Of a DNA stretch of 64,000 nt, positions 47,580 through 55,484 are shown in pieces; position 1 is the stretch's first letter; each line of letters opens with the position of its first letter. The stretch lies in the NCBI GenBank assembly GCA_017645645.1, contig JAGCOB010000012.1:20597-84596 (forward strand), given 5' to 3'. The DNA is from Prevotella sp. Its GTDB lineage: Bacteria; Bacteroidota; Bacteroidia; Bacteroidales; Bacteroidaceae. The notes under the pieces are model-generated. The model ran no database searches and was not told where the DNA came from. It worked only from the letters and a program-made list of their open reading frames with translations. A program made the translations under genes and the position numbers.

Positions 47580-47614
47580 CAAAAAGCCTCACTAATTAGT
47601 GAGGCTTTTTGTTA
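47577..47614. terminator. Bidirectional intrinsic terminator
   Basis: Perfect 38-bp palindrome TAACAAAAAGCCTCACTAATTAGTGAGGCTTTTTGTTA with A/T tracts, between convergent genes. Confidence 0.88.
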
Positions 47615-47695
47615 CCTTCGCTTAAACCAACTAAAGCCACCTGATGAGGAAGCCTGTTATACCCCATAGGATAGTCAAGTAATCACTCCAAAGGA

Positions 47696-48580
47696 TTATA
47701 GCTCTGAGTCAGAACACTGGAAGGTGTTACCCTTGGTGATGTCACCTGTTTCCAGTCCGAGTTTAAACCACTTCATACGCTGTTTGCTGGTACCGTGGTT
47801 AAACGACTCCGGAACGGCATAGCCGCGTGCCTTTTTCTGCAGATAGTCATCACCGATAACCTGGGCACAGTTGATGGCTTCCTCGATGTCACCGTCCTCC
47901 AAAGAACCGAAGCGCTTGTTATCATGGTGTGCCCATACGCCGGCATAGAAGTCGGCAAGCAGTTCGAGGCGCACACTGAGTTTGTTGGCTTCTGTCTGAG
48001 GGAGTTTTGCCATCTGTTCATGGACTTTCTGCAATGTGCCTGTGAGATACTCCACATGGTGGCCTACCTCATGGGCGATGACATAGGCATAAGCGAAGTC
48101 ACCGTCAGCACCTAATGATTTCTTCATCGTGGTGAAGAACGAGAGGTCAATATACAGTTTCTGGTCACCTGAGCAATAGAAGGGACCCATAGCAGCCGAT
48201 CCCTGTCCACAGGCAGTCTGCGTACCATCAGTATAGAGTACCATCGTAGGCACCTGGTACTGTGCGCCGTTCTGTTTGAAGATCTCCGTCCATACATCCT
48301 CTGTACCAGCCAGAATCTGTGTGGAGAACTTCGCCAGTTCCTGTTCCTCCTGTGTAAACTCCCGCTGACCATCCGTCACTTCGGTATTCGTACCAGACAA
48401 CGAGCCCAGTCCACCGTTCTGCACTTCCTGCATCACGGCACTCACTGGGTCACCGCCCGTCAACCAAGCCATTAAGGCTACTATGATAATACCACCGATT
48501 CCCAGACCGGCCTTTGCGCCACCGCTCATACCACGGCGGTCTTCTACATTGGAGCTTTCGCGTCTTCCGTCTAATCTCAT
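47696..48580 (-). CDS. Neutral zinc metallopeptidase (YpfJ family)
   Basis: RESSNVEDRRG, GPFYCSGDQKLYIDLSF, VIAHEVGHH, RLELLAD, ESFNHGTSKQR. Confidence 0.93.
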   Translation of the reverse strand: MRLDGRRESSNVEDRRGMSGGAKAGLGIGGIIIVALMAWLTGGDPVSAVMQEVQNGGLGSLSGTNTEVTDGQREFTQEEQELAKFSTQILAGTEDVWTEIFKQNGAQYQVPTMVLYTDGTQTACGQGSAAMGPFYCSGDQKLYIDLSFFTTMKKSLGADGDFAYAYVIAHEVGHHVEYLTGTLQKVHEQMAKLPQTEANKLSVRLELLADFYAGVWAHHDNKRFGSLEDGDIEEAINCAQVIGDDYLQKKARGYAVPESFNHGTSKQRMKWFKLGLETGDITKGNTFQCSDSEL

Positions 48581-48679
48581 ATTTCTTTTATTTTAGGTTT
48601 CAATTTGTTTGCAAAGATACAAAAAAGTTTGTAATTGTGTTTTTAGATTGAAATATTTTTGTATATTTGCCCCAACAAT

Positions 48680-50734
48680 ATGAAACGACTGATTGAGAAA
48701 TCACGTTCAGGTGGTATTCCTGCATTATTGTTTGCCACCTTGCTCATCATCCTCATCTTGGGGGTGCAATTTTATATGAGTGTCCGACATGATGAGGGGG
48801 ATGCCCGGAAACTGGTCAACAGGGAAGTGAAAATTGTTGAGCAGTATATCAAAGCTCAGCTCAAAGATGCAGAATTCTCAATGGAGGACATGCGGGATAA
48901 TGTGATTGAGTATATTGACCAACCAAATGAGATTACCCATATCACACAAAGGATTTTGAAGGAGAATCCTTTCCTCAAGGCTGCTGCCGTTGCTTTCGAG
49001 CCCAATTTCTATCCTCAAAAGGGATATTGGTTTGAGCCGCGCAGTACTCGTCAAGGAAATGAAATCATCAGTGATGTTATTGGTAGTGCAGATCATGACT
49101 ATACCAAGATGGAATGGTATCTGTCGGGAATGGCAGGCAGGATAAAACACGGTGTATGGAGTAGTCCTTATATCGACAATTCTCAGGGTAATGCATATAT
49201 CATGTCATTGAGTATGCCCCTCTATCACCAAAACAGGAAAGTGGGTGTTCTCTGCCTTGATATGGAACTGGAATGGATAAAACAGCTATTAAAAAATGTA
49301 GAACCCTATCCGGGTTCTGAGTGCCGGCTGTTAGACAAGAATGGGGTGGTGTTGGTTTCTTCGGACAGTATAGATATCAATAATGGCAATTTCTTCATTG
49401 ACAGCAAACCCATCAAGATCAGTAAAATGTCGGTATTACTCGCCTGTCCCAAGAAAGCCATCTTTGGTGATTCGACGAGGTTGAATCTCGTTATTTTCGG
49501 ACTGTTGTTCTTGGGTATGCTGCTTCTCGGCTATATCGTTCAGCATACAGTCCGTACCATCCTTCACCTTCATGATGTCCGACAGCAGCAGCAAATCATC
49601 AATCAGGAAATGCGTATCGCCCATGGTATCCAGATGGACATCCTCCGAAGTGACTTTCCTCTGGAACTTTGTGCTACCCTGTTGCCCATGAAGGAGGTAG
49701 GCGGTGACCTCTATGATTTCTACCAACAAGACCATATCCTTTATTTTATTATCGGAGATGTCAGTGGAAAGGGTGTTCCTGCGACGATGATGATGGCTGC
49801 TACGGTCAATCTCTTCCGTATGGCCGCCAGTCATTTCAATACACCAGCGGAGATTATGGGTGAAATCAACCGTGTCTTGTCAGCACGCAATCCCAGTCTG
49901 ATATTCGTGACAGCTTTCGTGGGGAAACTAGATACGCAGCATGGACTGTTGACCTATTGTAATGCAGGTCATAATCCTCCAATCCTGAATATGACCCTGT
50001 TACGTACTGATCCAGATATTCCGTTGGGCTATCAGCTCGACTATGATTACCATCAATATGGGGCTATGTTTCCTGAGGGGTCCCGTATCGTGTTGTATAC
50101 TGACGGAATCTTGGAATCCAGGAATAAAGATCATCAAATGATGGGTATGCAATACCTGTTGTCCATCATTAATTCCCATTATACCGAACCTGTTAACGAG
50201 ATGACGGCAAATATCATGAAGGATACCCACCATTATATTGGAAGTTCAGAACAGGTTGACGATATGACCCTGATGTGTGTTGCCAATAATTCTCCCCAAC
50301 AGGTTCCAGCCCTTGTGATTGCCAATGAGATAGAGGAATTGCAGCGTGTGAAGTCCCTATTACGGGAGTATTGCGATTGTCTGGGATGTGAGCGAAAGTT
50401 GACTCGTAAGATATTGTTGGCAGTGGAGGAGGCTGTGGCTAATGTCATCAATTATGCGTATCCAAAGGGGGTGCTGGGAAGGATTGATATCGATATCCAG
50501 GGAACTCCTGCTTCTGGTGGTGACCAGAAAGGCGACCTGACCATCAGTATTATAGACAATGGAGAGCCCTTTGACCCCACCGCACGTCAGGAAGTGGATG
50601 TGGAACAGACAGTTGGAGAACGACAAGTGGGAGGACTGGGCATCTATCTCTATCAACAACTGATGGACAATGTCTGCTACGAACGTGCTGACGATGGACG
50701 TAACATACTTATCATGACCAAAGAAATCAATTAG
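48680..50734 (+). CDS. Membrane Cache-sensor / SpoIIE (PP2C) phosphatase / RsbW-like anti-sigma kinase fusion
   Basis: TM-Cache (WY...WSSPYID)-TM; EVGGDLYD, IGDVSGKG, NAGHNPP, LYTDG, DDMT; AVEEAVANVINYAY, DNGEPFDP, GGLGI. Confidence 0.92.
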   Translation: MKRLIEKSRSGGIPALLFATLLIILILGVQFYMSVRHDEGDARKLVNREVKIVEQYIKAQLKDAEFSMEDMRDNVIEYIDQPNEITHITQRILKENPFLKAAAVAFEPNFYPQKGYWFEPRSTRQGNEIISDVIGSADHDYTKMEWYLSGMAGRIKHGVWSSPYIDNSQGNAYIMSLSMPLYHQNRKVGVLCLDMELEWIKQLLKNVEPYPGSECRLLDKNGVVLVSSDSIDINNGNFFIDSKPIKISKMSVLLACPKKAIFGDSTRLNLVIFGLLFLGMLLLGYIVQHTVRTILHLHDVRQQQQIINQEMRIAHGIQMDILRSDFPLELCATLLPMKEVGGDLYDFYQQDHILYFIIGDVSGKGVPATMMMAATVNLFRMAASHFNTPAEIMGEINRVLSARNPSLIFVTAFVGKLDTQHGLLTYCNAGHNPPILNMTLLRTDPDIPLGYQLDYDYHQYGAMFPEGSRIVLYTDGILESRNKDHQMMGMQYLLSIINSHYTEPVNEMTANIMKDTHHYIGSSEQVDDMTLMCVANNSPQQVPALVIANEIEELQRVKSLLREYCDCLGCERKLTRKILLAVEEAVANVINYAYPKGVLGRIDIDIQGTPASGGDQKGDLTISIIDNGEPFDPTARQEVDVEQTVGERQVGGLGIYLYQQLMDNVCYERADDGRNILIMTKEIN

Positions 50735-50740
50735 TGAAAT

Positions 50741-51043
50741 ATGAAAATTAGTATTCAACAAAGTGAAAAAGAGGTAGTGGTCGCTCTGAGTGGCGAACTC
50801 GACACTATTGCCACTACCCAGATGAGTGAGGAACTGAATCGGGTGACAGACTTGACAAACCAACGCCTTGTCATCGACTGTGAAGACTTGGAGTATATTA
50901 GTTCTTCAGGACTTCGTTTCTTCATGCAGTTGAAACGGAGCAGTGAACAGCGTGGAGGCAGTATCCAACTGCGTCATCTTAATGAAGACGTACGGGAGAT
51001 TTTCCGACTGAGTGGCTTCCACCACATCTTCGATATTCAGTAG
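50741..51043 (+). CDS. STAS-domain anti-sigma-factor antagonist
   Basis: LSGELD, IDCEDLEYISSSGLR, VREIFRLSGF. Confidence 0.93.
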   Translation: MKISIQQSEKEVVVALSGELDTIATTQMSEELNRVTDLTNQRLVIDCEDLEYISSSGLRFFMQLKRSSEQRGGSIQLRHLNEDVREIFRLSGFHHIFDIQ

Positions 51044-51591
51044 ATGACGGAATAGACATATCCGCGCTCCACATTGACGACGGTTTTGATAGGCTCATGA
51101 CCTGTCAAAACGGTCTTTAAATCATTGCGGATACCTTCGCCGGACAGTTTAAGTATGGCTTCTTTCATGGTCCAATAGCGGATGAAGGCGAGAGCAGGAT
51201 TAGCGGAATGGGTAATCTTGTCGATTTCTGCATCGTTCATCGTATAGCGGACCAGGGATTCCTTGTATTCACGGAGACTCTCGATATCCACACCGACAGG
51301 GCGGTCACTGATGGCACAGATGACTGCTTCACGGCAATGGCTGATGTTGAAATGAATGTGGGGAAAACCGACAAGCACGGGTTTTCCGTGTTCCCCATAC
51401 TCAAAGACGGGCTTCTCCGTGATACCGTATTCCTTCTTCAGTCCTTCGCATAGCAGCAGATAGGCTGCCGCACAGGTCTTACGTCCCTGTTCGTGCTTGA
51501 ACTTCAATGCCTGTTCCCTCCGTTGGTCAGACAATAACGGCAGTGCCGCCTCGAAGTCGAAACGAGCGATATCGTCATTCAGGTAGAGCAT
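51037..51591 (-). CDS. 4'-phosphopantetheinyl transferase (Sfp type)
   Basis: HGKP, HFNISH, VGVDIE, WTMKEAILK; start moved to ATG 51591 overlapping the rmuC end. Confidence 0.92.
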   Translation of the reverse strand: MLYLNDDIARFDFEAALPLLSDQRREQALKFKHEQGRKTCAAAYLLLCEGLKKEYGITEKPVFEYGEHGKPVLVGFPHIHFNISHCREAVICAISDRPVGVDIESLREYKESLVRYTMNDAEIDKITHSANPALAFIRYWTMKEAILKLSGEGIRNDLKTVLTGHEPIKTVVNVERGYVYSVIY

Positions 51592-52768
51592 CCGGTCTTT
51601 CTTCTGCTTTTGGAATACGGCGGTTGGGATTCTCCTTGCCTCCGAGGTCGATGAGTTCCCTGCCTTTTTGTACCACACTCTGTCGGCCTGTAAACAGTTT
51701 ATTGCCTGCCGCCTCGTATGCTCGATGTGCCAGGTCCAGTTGTTCACCCACTTTCTGGTAACGCTGGATGAAGTCGCCCAAGCGGTCGAGCAATTGTTCT
51801 GCGATGCCGAACACCTTCTCTTGATTCTCCGCCTGCTGGTTCTGCACCCATGCGATATGAATCATGTGGAGGATGCCCAGGAGATTCTGCTCTCCCGTCA
51901 CAAAGACCTTCTTCTCGAAGGCTTCGCGCCATAGGGTAGGGTCGTTGGCAAGAGCAAGCTGCAGTGACGACTCAAAGGGTACGAACATGATGACAAAATC
52001 CACTGTCTCACGTCCGTTCTTAATATACTTCGAATAGTCCTTACGTGCCAGTTCGTTAACATGGCTGCGTACACTCTTGATATGTTCCTGCAGATAGCGG
52101 TCCTTCTCTTCCGGTGTCTTCGCATTCACATATTTCTCATAAGCCACGAGCGACACCTTCGAATCGACGATGGCATCCTGTCCTTGCGGATAATGGAGGA
52201 TGACATCAGGTTGCATCTCCTTACCTGTATCCTCGTTCTTCAACGGTCGTCCCAACTCGTCGCGCAACCGTGCCTGCACCTCATAGTGGATACCCTCCGT
52301 GAGTCCCTGCGAGGCAAGGAGGTCGCCCAGGATGATCTCGCCCATGTTACCGCTCACCTTATTGTCACGACGTAACACATTGGTAAGACTCTCCGCCTTC
52401 TCACCGAGCTGCTGCGTCTGCTGCATCATCTGTATCATCTGCTCACGGAAGGAGGCGGAATGGGCGGCACTCTCCTTCTGGTTCTCATGAATCGCCTTCT
52501 GCATATTCGTGATGGCATCCTTCAACGGCTGGGTGATAGAGCCAAGATTCTCCTTGTTCTCCTCCTTCAATCGCTGTGCCTGCGCATTAGCCAACAACAT
52601 ACCCATGTCGTGCAATTGTTCTTTGGTGGTCTTCATCATCTCCACCTCCGTCTCTTTTTTCGCCAGTGCCACACGCAGAACATCAAGCCGTTTGTCCATC
52701 ACTACATAGAGGACGACAGCCCCGATTGCTATTCCTATAATAACAGATAATACTATCCCAATCATCAT
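51575..52768 (-). CDS. rmuC: DNA recombination protein RmuC
   Basis: N-terminal TM and coiled coil; GNMGEIIL, QPDVILHYP...VDSKVSL, DFVIMFVPFE. Confidence 0.93.
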   Translation of the reverse strand: MMIGIVLSVIIGIAIGAVVLYVVMDKRLDVLRVALAKKETEVEMMKTTKEQLHDMGMLLANAQAQRLKEENKENLGSITQPLKDAITNMQKAIHENQKESAAHSASFREQMIQMMQQTQQLGEKAESLTNVLRRDNKVSGNMGEIILGDLLASQGLTEGIHYEVQARLRDELGRPLKNEDTGKEMQPDVILHYPQGQDAIVDSKVSLVAYEKYVNAKTPEEKDRYLQEHIKSVRSHVNELARKDYSKYIKNGRETVDFVIMFVPFESSLQLALANDPTLWREAFEKKVFVTGEQNLLGILHMIHIAWVQNQQAENQEKVFGIAEQLLDRLGDFIQRYQKVGEQLDLAHRAYEAAGNKLFTGRQSVVQKGRELIDLGGKENPNRRIPKAEERPDALPE

Positions 52769-52845
52769 TCCATTTTGTTGTTAATACGACTTCGTCGCAA
52801 AGATACAACAAATTTCATAACACACCAAATTTAATTCTTCACTAA

Positions 52846-53463
52846 TTACAGATTTTCTTGCAGAATGTATTCGAAGCAGTCAAAATGGATGAACCCCATC
52901 GCTTCGAGTTGCCTACGACTTTCAACAATATCGGTTTCTTTATTGTAGTCTGGTATATGGGGTAGACGGATGGTTACTTTCTGAACGTCCTCATGTGCAG
53001 AAAGCCAACGGAGATTCTCAATCACCTGGGAGTTGTCGACAGAGGTGTATTGACGGTAGATATCAGGATTCATGTCCTTGATATCAATATAATAATGATG
53101 AACATAGGGAACCACAGCCTCAAGATGTCTGCGGTTCACATTCAGCGAGGTTTCAATGTAGACGTGCCATTCCATAGGCATCAGTTTGCAGAAATTGACT
53201 ATCTCGTCACTTCTCAACAACGGTTCTCCTCCTCCGAAGGTAATGCCTCCGCCTGTTGCCTTGAAATAGAGATCGTCCACCATTACCTGATTCAAGATAT
53301 CCTGCGCATCCATCTGTCGCCACACACCGTCAGGTCTCAGGCACTGCTTGTTCAAGCAGTACTTACAGCACAAAGGACAGCCGTGGAATGCCACCAAGGT
53401 AGTGACACCCTGTCCATCTGTAACCAGACGATGGCGACTGATGCCTATCAATGGGGCTATCAT
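52846..53463 (-). CDS. Radical SAM protein (activating-enzyme-like)
   Basis: DGQGVTTLVAFHGCPLCCKYCLN (CxxxCxxC), GGITFGGGEP, IETS, IDIKD; start ATG 53463. Confidence 0.9.
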   Translation of the reverse strand: MIAPLIGISRHRLVTDGQGVTTLVAFHGCPLCCKYCLNKQCLRPDGVWRQMDAQDILNQVMVDDLYFKATGGGITFGGGEPLLRSDEIVNFCKLMPMEWHVYIETSLNVNRRHLEAVVPYVHHYYIDIKDMNPDIYRQYTSVDNSQVIENLRWLSAHEDVQKVTIRLPHIPDYNKETDIVESRRQLEAMGFIHFDCFEYILQENL

Positions 53464-53464
53464 T

Positions 53465-53872
53465 TCAATTGGAACACTTCTTCTTCTCTGTCGATGAGTC
53501 CGTATCGACACATTCGACATCACCAGCAAGTTCCATCATGCCATCGACTTGTTCCAGTCTTCTGATACTGTCGCTATCCACCACTAATTGTTGCTGGTCC
53601 TTCCCGGTATTCGGGTCTTTCACTTTGTTGGTACAACCTGTCAAGGCGAAAAGCCCTGCAGAGAGTCCCACGACAGCCACAGCCTTGCCCAGTTGCCTGC
53701 GAATGTCCAACTGTTGTTCGATATACCTTACTTCTGCCTCGCAAGCCAGACAGGTTCCGCGACACTCACCCTGATGATGACACTCACGGGGCTCATACTT
53801 GATCTCATTGGCATCGGCCACCTGCTTACGGATGGTCTTCAGCACACTGCAAATAGTCTTTCCTTTTGTCAT
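53465..53872 (-). CDS. Cys-rich N-terminal domain protein with an internal lipobox-like signal
   Basis: GKTICSVLKTIRKQVADANEI...ECHHQGECRGTCLACEAEVRY, then AVAVVGLSAGLFALTGC; ends 1 bp before the radical SAM start; -7 box at 53939-53946 (minus strand). Confidence 0.82.
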   Translation of the reverse strand: MTKGKTICSVLKTIRKQVADANEIKYEPRECHHQGECRGTCLACEAEVRYIEQQLDIRRQLGKAVAVVGLSAGLFALTGCTNKVKDPNTGKDQQQLVVDSDSIRRLEQVDGMMELAGDVECVDTDSSTEKKKCSN

Positions 53873-54080
53873 AATCTTCAGTTATTGATTCGTTATTGAT
53901 TCCGATGCAAGAAACTTCATGATTTTCTTCTTCCGGAACAAAGATACAAAAAGTCGAGAGAAATGCAAAAGGAAAACCTGTTTTTCTTTTCATTTCCGAG
54001 ACGAAATGTCTTCGGCGAAGCCAAAGTTCAGAAAAAAACGGGCGAAAAGTCAAAGTACACTGAAAAAAAGTACACAAAGT

Positions 54081-54111
54081 TTTGGGCATTGCACTATTTT
54101 TCGTATTTTTG
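54081..54111 (+). promoter_or_regulatory. Bacteroidetes sigma-A promoter of the SIR2-TIR operon
   Basis: TTTG (54081-54084), 19 bp, TATTTTTG (54104-54111). Confidence 0.7.
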
Positions 54112-54138
54112 CATCATACTAACCCATACTGGAAACCT

Positions 54139-55455
54139 ATGCCTGCAATATTTAGCAAGATTAGAAAGGAGGATTCTGAAAATACGAGACAATGGGATTT
54201 GCTCGTGACACGCCTGATTGAGGGAAACGTCATCCCCGTGATCGGACCAGGGTTCTTGGTGGACGACGAGAAGGGCAGTAATCCGCATCAAATACTGATA
54301 GACGACTTGGCGGAGGCCTATGAGATCAGTTCACATCCGAAGTCGTTCTCGGAGTTGCTGTACGACAAAAACTTCGATGCAAACGATCGAAAGAACATCT
54401 ACGCCATGTTGGGCGACGCGTTCAGCCAGCCACTGTTCCAGCCTTCCCAACTACTGAAACGGTTGCTAGGCAGCAAGAGGTTTCCCTTTGTGATTACCAC
54501 TTCATTCACTCCCGTGGTAGAGGATACGATGAAGGAGGTCTGGGGGGCCGATCTCGTTCGTGTGATGAAGTTTACAAACGACCCGTCGCATAACGATGAC
54601 ATCAGCACCAAGAGCGATATCAACAAGCCGACGGTGTACTATATGTTCGGCAAGGTGTGTCGCTCGGAGAAGAAGTACGTAGTCACCGACTATGACATGC
54701 TGTCATTCTGCCGCTCGTGGCTGAGTTCGGCAGAGCGACCGCAGAACCTGGCCGCTGAGTTGCAGTCAAAATACCTGCTCATTATGGGTAATGGCTTCTC
54801 GGACTGGCTAAGCCGCTTTGTGTGTTTCTCGCTGAAAGGTAAGATAGACAGCCAGCCTATAGGCATGGTGGTAGACCCCATTGCTGAGGATAGTTTCCTG
54901 CAGTTCATGAAGCGCATTGATGCTTTCACGCAGTTCAATGCCGAGGAGGTGGTGGACAAGATGGAGCATCTGGTGGCTGAACGTGAGGCCGAACTGCAGA
55001 AGACGCGTTTCAACTCGCCGCAGCAAAACACGGATGTCTTTATCAGTTATTCACGGGCCGATGCCGAGGTGACGGCCCAACTGTACGAGGCCCTGACGGC
55101 ACGCGGCATCAATGTGTGGTATGACCGCAACAGCATTAGCATGGGGGGTAACTTCATGAACGAGATCATTGCCGGTATCCGCAGTACGAAACTCTTCGTG
55201 CCTATCATGACCAAGAATATTCAGGCGCAGAGCAATGAATATCACCCCTACCGCACGGAGTGGAAGACAGCCATCGACTTGGCATCGGGCTATGGACGTA
55301 CTTTCATCGTCCCCGTTAGCGAGAAAGACTTCGATTTCTATGGCAGTAATATCCCCGACGAACTGAAGGCCTGTAATGCCTATCTCTACGAAGCTGACAA
55401 GCCGGACTTCGGGGTGTTTGTCGATGAGATAGAGAAATTGCTGGCTAAGATATAG
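54139..55455 (+). CDS. SIR2-like (degenerate) plus TIR domain protein
   Basis: GNVIPVIGPG, FVITTSF, VYYMFGK, LLIMGNGFSDW (SIR2_2-like); DVFISYSRAD...GINVWYD...IRSTKLFVPIMT...YRTEW (TIR_2); start ATG 54139. Confidence 0.85.
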   Translation: MPAIFSKIRKEDSENTRQWDLLVTRLIEGNVIPVIGPGFLVDDEKGSNPHQILIDDLAEAYEISSHPKSFSELLYDKNFDANDRKNIYAMLGDAFSQPLFQPSQLLKRLLGSKRFPFVITTSFTPVVEDTMKEVWGADLVRVMKFTNDPSHNDDISTKSDINKPTVYYMFGKVCRSEKKYVVTDYDMLSFCRSWLSSAERPQNLAAELQSKYLLIMGNGFSDWLSRFVCFSLKGKIDSQPIGMVVDPIAEDSFLQFMKRIDAFTQFNAEEVVDKMEHLVAEREAELQKTRFNSPQQNTDVFISYSRADAEVTAQLYEALTARGINVWYDRNSISMGGNFMNEIIAGIRSTKLFVPIMTKNIQAQSNEYHPYRTEWKTAIDLASGYGRTFIVPVSEKDFDFYGSNIPDELKACNAYLYEADKPDFGVFVDEIEKLLAKI

Positions 55456-55484
55456 CCCTTTTCGAACATAGACAACTACGTGAT

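Noticed and set aside
51592-51747. N-terminal extension of the phosphopantetheinyl transferase
   Set aside because: Lies wholly within rmuC; ATG 51591 gives a normal Sfp-type protein
54052-54075. AAAGTACAC direct repeat upstream of the SIR2-TIR promoter
   Set aside because: Only two 9-mers in A-rich sequence; may be chance
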